DNA of 64,000 nucleotides. Source: Antedon mediterranea. Taxonomy: Eukaryota; Animalia; Echinodermata. Both the position numbers and the translations under genes were made by a program. Each line of letters opens with the position of its first letter. Positions within the stretch are counted from its first letter, which is position 1. Below, one piece after another: positions 24,019 through 39,400 of this stretch. Location: NCBI RefSeq assembly GCF_964355755.1, contig NC_092680.1, positions 1,550,001 through 1,614,000 on the forward strand. The letters are read 5' to 3'. Below the pieces are notes generated by a model. That model was not told the origin of the DNA. It ran no database searches and saw only the letters and a list, made by a program, of their open reading frames with translations.

Positions 24019-26393
24019 TAAAGGCTGGTAGATCATGGACTGTATGACTGGCAACAACCAATTGTAATTCAAATTTCCTTTAATAAAAAAAGTCAATGCT
24101 GTATATGTTTCTAAGATTTTGTTTTATTCACATCACTACTGTAATACACATTGTTTGCATAGCACGATATACAGTGAGTTTACTTACAGAAGGTGAACGC
24201 TTACTTGCATTGATATATGCTACAACAAAATATTTAAACCGCTTTAATAATAATTACAAAATACAAAGTGAGTTAGGTGGTGCGTTCCTTATCAGCCCTT
24301 GTCATGCAGAAAATCTATTTCAGTAACAAATTCACCCTTGTTTCTCGTGTAACTTTCCGACTATAATTTACATATGCTTTTGATATTAAGTTGTAATAAG
24401 AGATTGTATGGTGTAATATTTAAACTATAATTTTGTGGTACAAAAAAGAACATGTTTTTACTAATTTACTTATTATGCAAGGTACACAGCAATTGTTAAT
24501 AAACGAACTCCAACACATTCTTCACTCTCACAACAAAATGGTAACACAAACTGAAGGCATGTTGCCCTACTTTTGAAATGTAATCTGCAGAATCTAGTAA
24601 ACGTACTGTAGCATGTGTAGCTCACAAACAATAATTCTTAGACACAATACTACAATATTTATGGTTATATTATTTACATTGTTATTTTACCTAAATTATA
24701 ACGATACATTAAGATACTATACTGTAGATTGTATTTTTGCATTAAGCTCTGTCTACACTATCAAACTAGTTTGACAAAAGAAGTGTGATGTACCCAAATA
24801 TGGTAGTGATCTGACCAAATACGGTAGTGATCTGACCAAATACGGTAGTGATATAACATCGTCATATCCATATATAGGAACTCTGACAATTTAATTGACT
24901 TTATAGACAAGAGCATGTGAACATACAGTATTCAAGTTTATTGGTTTGATCATGGAGCAAATTTGTGATTGATGAGGTGGATTGTTTAGTTTTTCTTGCC
25001 AGAGGCAGAACTTTGTATCATAGGAGTGTACTCCCCCTAGCCTCAGTAGTAATATGGTGATGGTAGGTACGGTACGGTATGTTTGACAAACTTAAACTAA
25101 TGCAATTCTTGAGAGGTTCTAACATAGAACAAATATTGTTGCTAAGGTTTTAAATGGCAACATGATAGCTTCATATTCACATATTGACTAGCTGATTTGA
25201 TATAGCGACTTTAAAAATATATGTTTATTACATTTTTTTGTTTTACATAAAGGTGAGTACATTACAGGAATGGTTTTCTATTTTAGCACATTATTTAGAT
25301 TAGGAGAGGATTATTGATTTTAAACTTGGTTTAAATTGCACACATTTTTTCATTTGTATAGATTGTTTTTTTGTCGGGAGAAATTACCCTTGCACACTAC
25401 ATACATTAAATGCCAGAAATTAGTAAAATGAGGTAGAATCTGATCTTTCTTAATGAATAAATTTATGAATTTTTATTTTGGCTCGAAACTCATTACAATT
25501 AACTTAATTACAAGGACACATTATACAGATATTGAGCCGACCCAAGAAGGTCTATTTTCAGAAAGTTGGAAATTGTATAATTTGAAATATTGTGAATTTA
25601 TTTACAAAACAAACACGTTGGAACTAACTGTGCAGTAACTATCACAACAATTTTTAACACAAATATCCAACAAATTTGAAGTTAACATCATTTTACAATA
25701 GACATGGCGTAGTAACAGTACTGAAAACAAATAAATGACATAACACCATTTTTGTAGACAAATTGAATAAAAGGAAGGTATTGTCACCTTTGTTAACAAA
25801 CGTACTTTTGACAGATATAAACTACTGTATAAGCACAGCTACTGTTCCACAACACACTGTATACACTAAACACAGGATAAATCTCCACGAGGCAAAACAT
25901 GAATGCAGTTTTATGTGATCACAGACTGGTGAATTGAATTTAACAAAGTAGTAAGTTACAGAATCTTATGTGAATTGGTTTTTAGAATGTTTATGAGATG
26001 ACTATTGTTATTTTTGATCCCTTTCAAACTATATACAAAATTTAACATTATAATTTACTTCTTTTGTTTAATTTTTGTAAATTTTTAAATAAATCACAAA
26101 AATCAACTCATTCAATAATAAACATTATTTACACAAAAAAAAATGCATAAACTACATAAGCATGACTATAGACTTTTTATGCTGTTTGCAATGTTTCAGT
26201 ATTAAACTGTGCAAATATTTTACAGTACCAGATCAAATATGTGTGCCATATCTTTTTTTTAAATCCAACTGTCTGGGACACTTACTTTATATTATTATGT
26301 TATTGTCAAAGACAATGGCAGGTCAACTGAAATAGGTCAAAGATGTACTTTTTGTATTTTTTTTTTTTTGTATTTTGTATTAATATTTGTCCT

Positions 26394-26573
26394 CAGTGAG
26401 GAAATTCGGATTAGGCCCTCCACGGACCCACGGCAGCCAGCAGTGCAGCGCCTACCAGATTAGGCAATGAGAGTAAAGCATCTTGCCTAAGGATGCAATT
26501 AGTATGGTACAGATAACCTCGAACCCATGCCTATCACATGCTAGTCCGATATTACCATTACACCATCACTCTC
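26394..26573 (-). mobile_element. tRNA-derived SINE with CORE-like segment
   Basis: Minus strand: TGGTGTAATGG (A box), GGTTCGAG (B box), then TGCATCCTTAGGCAAGATGCTTTACTCTCATTGCC. Confidence 0.7.
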
Positions 26574-26580
26574 CAGTATA

Positions 26581-26694
26581 TACAGCACCCGCCACGATTT
26601 CTAGACGGTCTCCCATCCAGAACGCAACCGGGCCCAACGTTGCTTAACTTCGGTGATCTGACGAGAACCGGTGTTTCAACGCAGTATGGCCGTA
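26581..26694 (-). pseudogene. Diverged 5S rRNA copy (pseudogene or SINE3-type head)
   Basis: Minus strand TACGGCCATACTGCGTTGAAACACCGGTTCTCGTCAGATCACCGAAGTTAAGCAACGTTGGGCCCGGTT...GGATGGGAGACCG...CGGGTGCTGTA matches invertebrate 5S rRNA with substitutions and indels; solitary, with no oligo-T terminator. Confidence 0.85.
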
Positions 26695-27422
26695 TATATC
26701 ACTTAATATGGCCGTATATATCAGTATGGCCGTATATATCACTTAATAATGAGAACGGTCAAGACAAGTATGATAACAATGAAGAATATTACTTTTCATT
26801 ATATTACTACAGTACATTGCCATATTTTGCAGGCAGTGAAGTTGGATGCAAGTTCACATACATATATGCACACAAAAGCACCATTTGAAAAGGTGTCTGT
26901 AAGGGACTTGTTTGTTTTTAGGGTGTTGAGCTAATAGGTATTCTAAATATGTAAGTAACCAATAGTTTCACTTTGCCATGGTTTGTTTTCCATTAACAAT
27001 ACAATATCTACAGATATTTATATATAACACAAAATAAACTAATTTATTTTTTTTCTATTTTTTTTTATGACTTTGGATTTGTACATTGCTTAGTTGCAGA
27101 TTTATATTTTTTACATGAAGAATTAACAGTGCTATTGTTTTCCTTTTTTACACTATGTTTGGTACTTTCTAAATATAATGGTTCAGTTTTATTTGTAAAT
27201 ATTATTTAATCCCTTTGCCGATTGTTATAGAACTATTATTATCACCCTGATATGATTACCCTGATTAGTACTCTTCTTTCCCAATTTGAATTATCACCCA
27301 CTTGGATCCTTACCATTAAACCCCACCCATCGCCCCACCCACCACTCCCTCTTTTGAATTACCACCTACATAATTTTAATTGTTCACAATATCCTATGCA
27401 AACACTTACAGCTAGTTTAACA

Positions 27423-30400
27423 TCAATTTCCAGGTGTAGCGGCATCTTGATACATTCCTTCAATTTCGTCAGTGTACATCTTCAACACAACTGGTCTTTT
27501 TAACTTCAGTGTTGGACCTTCAAAATAAAAAAACAAATATATAATATATAATTATACTGATTTTCGGAATAGATAATTATAAAGTCTATTGCTTCAAATT
27601 AATCAACCAAATTATTCTGATAGCAAAATTTTCTATATGCCGATAAAAACATGGAAAACACTTAAATCTGTTACATGTCTTCAATAAGGACCTTTCCTTT
27701 AGAAATAATAAAATAATATTACTTATTTGTATTTACTTGTACAGTAACTAATTGGAACACCTAATTGGAACTTTCTTTCATATGACCAGTTTTGAAACAA
27801 ATGTAAACGGAGTCAATTAGAAAAAAAAAATGAATAAATAAATGGCTGAATTCTGTAACCATGTGATGGATTACATCACCTGATAGATAGCAATCACTTA
27901 TGTCAAGCCTAAAGCTCTGTCTACTCTGTTTGGGCACATCACATTTTTTTGTTTGATAGTGTAGTCAGAGCTCAAGAGAAAAACTAACCTAATTCCCCTC
28001 CTGGTACTGAGAAGTCCTTCTGGATAAATATGTATTTCTGAATTTTTTGTGCTCTAGACTGTGAATGTTGGTTGTTATATATCTCAATGGCAGCTTGTAT
28101 TGAGTTCTTGATCTTTTCATCTGCAACAGCTTCTTCAACTGTCTTTGCTTTACTTCCAAGCTGTTTGCACACAATCAGAGCCTCAGGGCTAAGTTCGTTT
28201 GAGGGTTCCAAAGTGTTTTCATCTATTTTAACCTGCATTTAGAATTGTGATTATAAGACATATTTAATGAGGGTGATCCATCCAGCAATTGCTGATCATT
28301 AGGGACCCCCAGAGGTTCACAAGACAGCATACACAAGATGCTCTACATAAACAAAGTCTTATTACAAGTCTTTGGGAGTAGAGTTTTGGGAGTAATTTTG
28401 TCCTTAGAATAAATCCTGACATGTGACGGGACATGATCCCAGGACTCTTGGAGTGGTAGCCAAGCATCATAACCACCAAGCCACAACTCAACTCAATTAC
28501 TTTTACAGTAGCAGGAGCTGAGGATAACACATGCTGTATTTAGATTAGTAAATGAAAACAATCTGATAAAGCTTGATTCTCTCTAGAATGCAACATGCAA
28601 GAATGTACACCCAACACCAGTGAGTAATTTGTATTTGTATCATACAAAATGTTACTTGCAATTTTCTAAATTTGTTGACAATAAATCATAAATCGACTAG
28701 TGAGAACCAAGGTGTTTCTGATTGGAGCTCATTTTATGATCAATGGGTTTTAATGTCTTACAAACAATAGAAGTTCAATTCCACTTTATTCTATTCCATG
28801 TAAGAGTTTACAGTTAACTGATTGGCATCATGTCCCACACCCACAATTTACAAAGAGACCCTAATACATTATTATATAAAGCATTGTAACCAACCTTTAG
28901 AGTGACAAGTAAACTTAAGAACTTCTTCTGATCACCTATCAGCATGCAATTGCCAATCATCTGAGCCTCCTTCTTAACAACATCTTCAATTGGGACTGGG
29001 GCAACATTCTCTCCTCCGGCAGTAATGATAAGCTCTAGATACAGACACAAAATATTATGCATTATTATTATCTGGAAGTTCAATGCCTTTAGAACGATCA
29101 CGATGATAATAAAGTATACCAGTATTATAATTATTTTTAACTTCGCTGCTAGAATAGAATAGAACCACATGTTAGCCTGGCACAGTTGAACATGTATCAA
29201 TACTTTATGTTAACCTATGCCTGGCACAGTTGACCATGTGTCAATACTTTATGTTAACCTATGCCTGGCACAGTTGACCATGTGTCAATACTTTATGTTA
29301 ACCTATGCCTGGCACAGTTGACCATGTGTCAATACTTTATGTTAACCTATGCCTGGCACAGTTGAACATGTATCAATACTTTATGTTAACCTATGCCTGG
29401 CACAGTTGACCATGTGTCAATACTTTATGTTAACCTATGCCTGGCACAGTTGACCATGTGTCAATACTTTATGTTAACCTATGCCTGGCACAGTTGACCA
29501 TGTGTCGATACTTTATGTTAACCTATGCCTGGCACAGTTGACCATGTGTCAATACTTTATGTTAACCTATGCCTGGCACAGTTGACCATGTGTCAATACT
29601 TTATGTTAACCTATGCCTGGCACAGTTGACCATGTATCAATACTTATGTTAACCTATGCCTGGCACAGTTGACCATGTGTCAATACTTTGATTAAGTGGT
29701 CTGAAACCAAGCAAGAAGTAAGAATAATTATTAAGGTATAAAATAGTAGTAAAATTATTGTGGTAAAAATATTTTCTTCTTTTCTTCTTTCTTTTTTAGT
29801 TTTGAGAAAGCAAATTTGTAGTATATAATACAGTATCAGAATAAAGTCATAGTATATGGAGTTATTAACCGCATGCTACAATACCATATTGATAAAATAA
29901 GCAGATACAAGTGTTAGGCTCTGCTTACCTTTAATTCTGCCAGTAATATACAAGAAACCATCTTTATCTTCTTTGCCAATATCGCCTGAATGTAAGTAAC
30001 CTTCTTCATCAAAACATTCCTTGGTTTTACCTTCCATGTTGAGGTAACCCATAAAAACATGGCGACCATGCAAGCAAATCTATTATTAATGCATCCATAG
30101 AAAGATGGTTAGAAATTTGGACTGATTAGCTGTTGGCTTATGTGTCGCACTATCCCTAAAATCTGGACGACTCTATGTATAGTACTGTGTGTATAGTGCA
30201 CATTCCAAAGAAACTGGCATTCCACTGTGTGAAGAATGGCATATTACGTGGTGCCTGATTGAGTATACTGGGCGCAGGCGTAAATTACTTTACTGTATTC
30301 TATTAAGAATCCATAGAAAGATGTTTAGAAATTTGGACCTGACTGGCTGTTGGCTTGTGTGTCGCACTATCCTTAAAATCTGGACGACTCTATGTACAGT

Positions 30401-33400
30401 ACATATAGTGCACATTCCAAAGAAACTGGCATTCCACTGCATGAAGAATGACATGACACAATTACATCATAAGCAGTGCCTTGTTCTGAATATGTTTGTA
30501 TATGTATGTTATATCAAGGGCCCTTAATGATCAGTTCCTTCACTGGAACTGGAAAGGCCACTCTTATTAAAGATGGTAATAAATAAATGATTGAGTATTG
30601 TGGGCCCAGGTTTAAATTACTATACTGTATCTGATCATTTTGATGCAGCCATATTCGCTGGTGGGTCATTCTATCAGAAGGAATTGTATTTGACATTGTA
30701 GTTAATATAATAATTCTCTGCATCAAACGCATACCTCTCCATTGCCATCTTTGTCAGGATCACTAATCTTGGTTGTAGCCCCATCAAGTACCTTACCAAC
30801 GCTACCAAGACGGAAATTTCCAGGCATTGACAAAGAATGAGGCGCTGTAAATAAACAGACAATTGATTATGGTTAAATATAACTTTCAATAGAGAAACAG
30901 CTATTGTATGCCTATTAACAGACAACTCACTGTAAAACTAAAATAATTTCAAAATAACTTATAGCAAAATTTATACCATACAAAATATATTTTTAATATA
31001 GTACTCATCATTAGAAGTAGATTTGTTTTGATTGAATTTGTCTAACTTGTATTGATTTTTGTAAGGTCATTTTAAAACACAAACTTTAAAATTACGATAT
31101 AAACAAATTAGAATAAAAATAAATGACTGTGTGGCAATGAAAGGCAGGCAAGGACAAAACATTAAATGTTTATGGTATTTATATTTTCAACATGCATGGA
31201 ATGGATATAAAATGAATGGATAATAATCGTTATATGAATGAATGCTAATTAACTGAATTAAAAGCATCATAATAAAATGATGGATTTAGTAACAATGAAA
31301 AATTAATTATGATGACCATTGATCAATAAATTAATGATGATATTTAAATATGGAATTTTTCAGTGAGGCTTAGTACACAAGAGAAATCTAAATTGGGGAG
31401 GGGGAGGAGGGAGAGCCATATTGCAGTCATAACTCAGGGGAAAAACATGATTCTGGTCTAACTATATTCTGGTATGCCATTTAAAATAGAAAGATGGGAT
31501 TCAAAACAAACAGAAAATAAAAAAAGGGTTCTTTCTTTATGTGATGACACAGTGTATCAGCAAGCATATCTCTCAGAATTTAATAAAATGGCTTGAACTG
31601 GATTCAAACCTGCGACTTCTCTCTAACAAGACAAGCACTTAACCATTAGACCACACTGTACAAAATCAAGCCTAATTTTTACACAATTTAAATCATCTAA
31701 AATGATTTTCAATTTGTTCACTGAAAATAATATTTATTTTTTATTTTTGCATGATTCTTTTTATATTAAAATGATATTTTTTACATACTACTGTACTATG
31801 AATTGCTATATGGAGTAGCACATGCCTATGTATATATAGTTTACTTTAAATCCATGCATTTAAGTTTAGCAAAACATTAATTTCTACATTTCGTTATCTA
31901 CCTTCTACTTACAAAATAAAGTCTTTTTCATATTATTCAATACATAGGACATCCTAAGATAAAACATACTAATGCTGTAATAGGGTACTACAGTATCAGT
32001 ACACACGTAGCAAGTCACATTCACTACATAGGACATCCTAAGATAAAACATACTAATGCTGTAATAGGGTACTACAGTATCAGTACACAAGTAGCAAGTC
32101 ACATTCACTACATAGGACATCCTAAGATAAAACATACTAATGCTGTAATAGGGTACTACAGTATCAGTACACAAGTAGCAAGTCACATTCACTACATAGG
32201 ACATCCTAAGATAAAACATACTAATGCTGTAATAGGGTACTACAGTATCAGTACACAAGTAGCAAGTCACATTTAATATAATTGACACCCTAAGATAAAA
32301 CAGGGTACTATTTAGTACACAACTATCAAGTCACATTCAATTATACATTTATATTTGTAAATGCTAATATAATATTAATGCTAAGCTAATCGTTAACAAA
32401 ACCTTAAACTTTCAATTCTCCGTGTGTCAATTAGATGCAATTCTTAATTTCTTATGAAATCTGTATTTATTGGTGGGCCTATATTACCTACCCCTCATAT
32501 GGGTACTAATTGTATACTGCTGGTGTGTGTTGATTTTTTAATGTACAACCAAAATTGGTGGTTTAGATCTTTATGAACTTTATGACAAAGCCTAAATCAA
32601 ATATTTATCAAATCAAATAATTAACTCTTCATAAAGGAAAAAGAAAATTTAGAAAATTCCAACTAATATTTAGGAAAATACATTGGGAATTGTGAGCCAG
32701 ATTACAATCTAAATTAAATCCATGGTCTTTTAAATCATAATAAACATTATCATGCATTTCAAAGAGCACAATTAATGCAAAGTATAAATGAAATGTATAA
32801 TATTATCTCACTTTATCATGCAGGCAGTTTAATATATTATGCAGAAATAGAAAATGATAATTTGCTTTTTTTTTGCAATTTAAACAAAATATTGATATTA
32901 CGGTATTTGTATCTATATTGTTCAATTTCAAATTATTTTTCATACTTTTTTTAAACTAAAAATTAAATGTTTATGTTTTGTTTTGATAGAAATTAATCAA
33001 TTGAAATTTATGTATATTTAAAATATAAATAAATATAAATTAATTCAATTCAATATATAGTACTTACAAATTGGAAAATACTTTTTTTACAAGAGTATAG
33101 TTTTTTCTTATACAGTAGTTGGTCTATTGAGTTAGGTATTACACCAACATTGGTCTGTATTTTAACTACATCTTAAATTGTTTTAATTGTCATTTGAATT
33201 ATATCTATTCCCTTTTCTACTATTTTTCAAGAATTAATGCCCAAATATGGTAGTGATATGTCATCATCACACTTTTTTTGTCAAACTAGTTTGATAGTGT
33301 AGACAGAGCTTCACTTCCAAATTGTACCTACCTGAACTTTCACTCATACCATACAAATCATAAATAGGTATATTAACACCGAGGAAATATTCCACAGTTT

Positions 33401-36400
33401 CTTGCGACAATGGAGCTGCACCGGAAAAACAAAATATGCATCGGTCTAAGCCAAGTGTGTGTCGTACCTAAGAAAAGAAAAATAATTATTATTTTATTTA
33501 GTGTCTCAGTCTCATTCTCTCTCGGTTCAAGAAGTAGCCACAAATTTGTCACTTGAATTTGATAGAGCGCATACAGCTTAACCTTAACCCAATCTCAGAT
33601 TTTAAAATTTTGTTGCTCAATTATATCTCGTAGGAGTTACATCTTTGTATGTGCACCTATTCTTACGTACGTGCACATGGCGTTTGTTTGCGGACAATTA
33701 ACTCGTCAAAGTGACGAGTTTAAATATAATTTTGTATTATTTATTTCTGGCTGTTTTATTTTTTTTTTATTTAGCTTTTTGCTAATTTTATTTGTATCTC
33801 CATTGAGATCCAGCCACTGATACACACAGCATTGTAATTTTTCCAGTGCTTATTTTATATGTATCTCTATTGAGATCCAGCCACTGATACCCACAGCATT
33901 GTCATTTTTTCAGTGTTTATTTTATTTGTATCTCCATTGAAATCCATCCACTGATACCCACATCATTGTCATTTTTCCAGTGCTTATTTTATTTGTATCT
34001 CCATTGAGATCCAGTCATAGATACCAACAGCATTATCATTTTTGTTCCCTAGTAATTATTATATCTTATAATTAATAATATTGGTGTTATTGAATTTACA
34101 ACAAATAAATAATACAGTAATTTGGGTGGGTATGTGACTATAGATAAATGAACCTGAACTATTACATATTTATATTTCTGTTAATATTACCTGCAATATA
34201 ATATATGATGGTACCAGCATATTAACGAGCAACCAACAATAATAATTACACATACATTTTAAATATTTGTGAATGAAAGAATAAAAAGCTTGAATTGAAT
34301 ACATACCTTCCTGAATAGCAGCATATTGGCAAGAGTCCAACCCCATGGTTTTGGTTCTCTATGAAGTAAAAAAATATATTTAGTTTTAGTAGTTTTAGTT
34401 TTTTATATATTTAGGCAAAATGACAAAGATAACATTATCAATTTTATTCACTATCTTTCTTAAAGATGTGGCAAAACACAAGATGCTCTAAATAAAAAAA
34501 GTCTTATTACAAGTCTCTGGGAGAGGAATTGTAATTTGACATATGACAGGACTTGAAACCTTACATCTGTGTCGTACCCCTATAAGACTTGTATGTACCT
34601 CTCACACCACCGATAGGTACAACCGATTCAGAAAGGTTTCAGAATATAATTAGACAGGCGCAATTAATCAAGGTATATCAGGTGATTTAGCTAGCTAGAA
34701 ACTAGCTAAACCATGGGTATAATGAAATTTACCTCAAATGGATAAAAAAGTGTCTGTATTAATGTCTGTATTAAATGTTCAACCTATATATGTAAAACCA
34801 ATGATACTGTACATCAAGTTAATATAGAAATGATACAGTTGATTGTAAATGATAACATACCCATTCATGGTATTAATGTTTCCACGATATCCGATGCCTT
34901 TAGCCCATACTGCAACTCGCTTCTTGAAACCTGTCACATTTTGACTCACTAAACGCATCCTTTCCATAATCTTCTCCCAAACACGTGGCACTCCGAGAAT
35001 TGCTGTTGGCCGGACCTCCTTGATGGTATCCACCAATGTGCCCTGTTAACAAATGATTTCATAGATCATTACTTGACAAAAAAGCTTTTATGTACAATTT
35101 GTATGATTTATTTCTTTTTTATTTTTAAATGCGCCTTGAGCACTCTGGAGTGGTATGTGCGCTATAAAAATCTTATTATTATTATTATATTATTATTATT
35201 TTAAAAATGGCGAAAATTTAAATATGGAGGAGAGTTGAGTCATTAGGGCCGGATCCAAGGGGAAGAGGTGCTTCTTAAATTTCGCAAATTGTAATGCAAA
35301 AGATAGGACATCAAATTAAGCTCAGCCCTTCATTTCACCCATTTTTAGGCGCACTATTTCAAAATCCTAGATCCGCCACTGGTCATAGCCCAAAGCAACC
35401 ATCCACAGTTGGGCGATACATTGCCTACTTACCTTTAGAGCATCAGGTCTTGCGAAGTACACACACCCACCGCCAACCATTGGGATAAACATCTCCATAA
35501 GCTGTGCAGCGACGTGACTTAGAGGCAGATAGCTAATGCCACAATGTTCTCCAGGAATCAGACCTGTGGTCTCAAAGCTTACTTTAGCAGTCCACACATA
35601 CTATAAGACAACAATTATATATATTAATTTACTGTAGTAGGTACAGTAATAATAAAGAATACAGAATAGCTGATCATATATGAGGCCTGACATCACAAAA
35701 GTGGCGCAGAGTCACAACCCCAACTTTTGAGATATTTAGCCTTGAAGTTCAGAATGTGAAAAACGGCCTAACCTATACGTTTTAAAATTGCAATAAAAAA
35801 CGATACTATAAACACTTATCTTTAACATATTTATTTTAGACTGAATACTCATCAGATAAAGAGACAACTAGAATAGCATAAAATTAGGACAACTTATGGC
35901 TCAAGGTGATATTGAAAGTACATTTAAGTCTCTTGTAATCCTCTATTTGAACCGGCCTGCATTAACTGGTATACGTCAATTAAGCACTTAATTTTGGACT
36001 CATTTGTATGTATTTTATTTATATATACTGTATGATATGCCAGTTTTCAATACAAATTTAAAATGAAAATAAAGACACTATGACTTTATTAAAGTTTTGT
36101 TCACATCTTTGTTTAATTATATTATTTGTGTCATAATGTTCTATGAATAAGATTCACTTACATTGTCATGGCTGATCATCACCCCCTTGGGATTACCCGT
36201 TGTTCCTGATGTATATATCAATGTACAGCACTGATTTGGTGCCTGAGATTCCAAAATCGTGTTGATGACATCATCACTGGTGTCGGAACCAAGAGCCATG
36301 AACTCTTTCCACTGTAAAAAACAAAAAATAAATAATGCAGAAACAGAACTCAAACATGTAATTTCCTAAAGGTCTGTCTACACTATCAAACTAGTTTGAC

Positions 36401-39400
36401 AAAAAAAAGTGTTATGTGTACAAATATGGTACTGATGTGCCCAAATATAGTAGTCATATGACATCATCATATACATTTGATAGTGTAGACAGAGCTTTAC
36501 ATAGATAATTTTAACACTATACCTATGTATTTCAAAGTTATTCAACAATTAAAAAAAAAAGAATGAACTGATACAGCGCTGTGCAGTGACAAGTAAACAG
36601 AAAAAAAAAAACAGCATTCTGCAGTGAACAAAATAATCTTTGCAACAGAACTACCTCTGCTGTGTACTGTACATTGGATAGTTTAGGTTTTTCATCATTT
36701 TTTAGTACATACTGGGAAATGTTAGGATTGATTTAATACAAGGCACATAACTGTATTATTAACCCCCTACTGTATGATATTTTTATCTCTAATTGAACAA
36801 CTTTTTTTTGACCTACATTGTATAAATGTTCTCTCTTCTCTTGCACCTCTCCTTTGTACTGGACAATAGCTTTCAAGTGTGGTAACTTGTCCCATATTTT
36901 AAGAATCTTCTTCAGTTGAGTTTCATTCTCAACCACAATAACATTAGCCTCACAGTTGCTAGCAACATAATGACAAGCTTCTGGTGAGTTTGTTGTGTAG
37001 ATGCCAACTCCTAATCCCCTGCAAACAAATCAAATTCAATAGGGACCATTAAGTGTGGTTTCCACTAGATACGCAACGTAACGCAACATAAAAATTCCAA
37101 TATTGTGTTTGACCCCGCCTGCGATGTTTGTAGTCCTGTTGCGTGGGTTCCCACTTGTGATTACGCAATACAACACTTTGCGTCGATACGCCGCTGCGTT
37201 GCGTCTCTAGTGGGAATCAAGCTTACGATTTAAGACAACCTAGTACATATATAAATTATATATTAATTTGCAAAGTCAGAATGCTGCTCTGTACAATAAA
37301 ATCATTTTTTTTCTTTAAGAATCTTTAATTTAAATTTGATTTTTGGTCACATACCCAGCAAACATGGCTCCAAGATCAGATATAAACCATTCTGGTGAAT
37401 TGAATCCCATAATACCAACTCCATGATTTCTCTCTAAACCAAGCTAAAAAATAAAATTCAATTTAAAAATGAACAATACCAAGGTATTACATTATCCGCC
37501 ACTGAAAAGGTGTATAGTATAGGTACAGTAGTGATTTTCATGAACTTAAATTTAAAGTTAATTTTGAACACATTTACATTAATAGATGACTTTATGAAAT
37601 CATTTAAATTGTGTCAATGGATAGATTGTTCATAGCCTTGTGAGCCAACAAATACATACTGTTGCAGGTAGAAAACCTTAATGTGTTTTGCTAATTTAAT
37701 TTATCCTTTAATATTGGGCCAAAAACGTAGAGTAAAAAGTAAAACCATCAATTTAAACCAAATTATTGTTGAAAGCTAAAGAGGTTGTTTCAAATGTTTT
37801 TCATTCTGTATGTACCTGGTAGGTGGTTCATATCAATAAATATACCATTCCAATTCTTTGTTTATAAATCATTAAACATTAATACATACATATGGTTATT
37901 GATTGGTTGATCGCTTTAAATCAGTATAAAAATTCCATATATACAAGAAACAATACAAAATGGAAAATCACAATAAAAATAGGACTTTCTCCCATTTAGT
38001 GAAGAGATTAGAAGATTGTAAACAGATAGTTTGTAGTACACCAACAAGATTATTTTAAAAACTCTTATTCTAAATCCATATATAATCTATTGCAACTTAT
38101 ATCAAAAGAAGACAAACTTAAAAAATGAAATGCTCCATTATATTTTATACATATTTGTTTGCATTTATTTGTGTAAAATATCTAAAAGTAAATAAATAAA
38201 CAACCTTCATTTACCTTTAAGAATGATTTTGCTGCAGTGAAACACTCCCTATAGTATTCTCTGTATGTCCAGAACTTCCACTCATCTCCTACTTTATCAG
38301 CAATCGCAGGTGCATTTGGATGTTCCTTAACGATTTTTGCAAACAGCTTTGGTACCGTCTCAGGTGGAATGGCAGCGGTGCCTGATTTACCCATGCGAAG
38401 GGTTACAGCATTGTTGACATTACAAGTCCAAAGTGAATCGGCATCTGCTAACTCTCCTACAGTAGTTCCAGAAAAAAATGTTTATATACTGTAGACAAGG
38501 CACTATTGGAAAGTTATACCCCTTTCACACCAAAAGCAAAACTCCGGAGACACCCCGGAGTTGACGCCCCGCTGTTTGGTGTGAAAGGTAAAATCAACTC
38601 CGGAGTTTAAAACTGCGGGGTTGAACAGCTGAACATTCTCCGGAGAGCGAACTGCGGGGATACCCCGGTGTTTTGGTGTGAAAGGTACCAACATCAAACT
38701 CTGGAGTGTTTCGGGCCAAAAGGTCATCCTCACACGATCACTCATTGCTTTAGTTTTATTTCAAAATACTTAAAATATTTGTACAAAATATATAGCAGGT
38801 TTAAAAAATAATAAGTAGTATCAATAAAACATTATATTACTTCTGAGACTTTTGAAAGTAATTATTAAATTAAAAATATTGTTAATTAAAATTATTGAGG
38901 GCGACATTTACAATTTTATTTTATTAACCCCGGTGTTGCTAGGTTGGTGTGAAAGGGGTATCTCCGGAGTTTCTCGACGTTTTGAATGGTCATAAACCCC
39001 GGGGTGTCTCCGGAGACACTCCGGAGTTTTGGTGTGAAAGGGGTATATGTGCACAATGAGTTAAGTTAAATTGTTCAAATTGTTTTTGTTGAATATATCT
39101 AACACATAATAGTTGACCAAAAACTGGATAAAAAAAAATAAAAAATTCTACAAAAAAAAATGTAATTTAAAGTAAAATATACCTAAATTGTCTGTCAGAC
39201 AATGATTTTTGGTTAAAATTACCCAATTGTGCTGTTATAAGTGAAATAATTATTTTTGTTGATTTTTTTTTCTACAGAAGTGAATAACTTTGTTAAAACT
39301 GCAAAATGGCCTATTCAAAATCTCATTATATTGATCTTTATTTGTCATGTTTTTGGGGGACAAAACATTTTAAACTCACGGACTGTTAAACAATATAGCA

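Noticed and set aside
26581-26694. Functional 5S rRNA gene
   Set aside because: Solitary, altered internal control region and 3' domain, no oligo-T terminator.
31905-32288. 127-aa periodic ORF
   Set aside because: Translation of an intronic 81-bp minisatellite.
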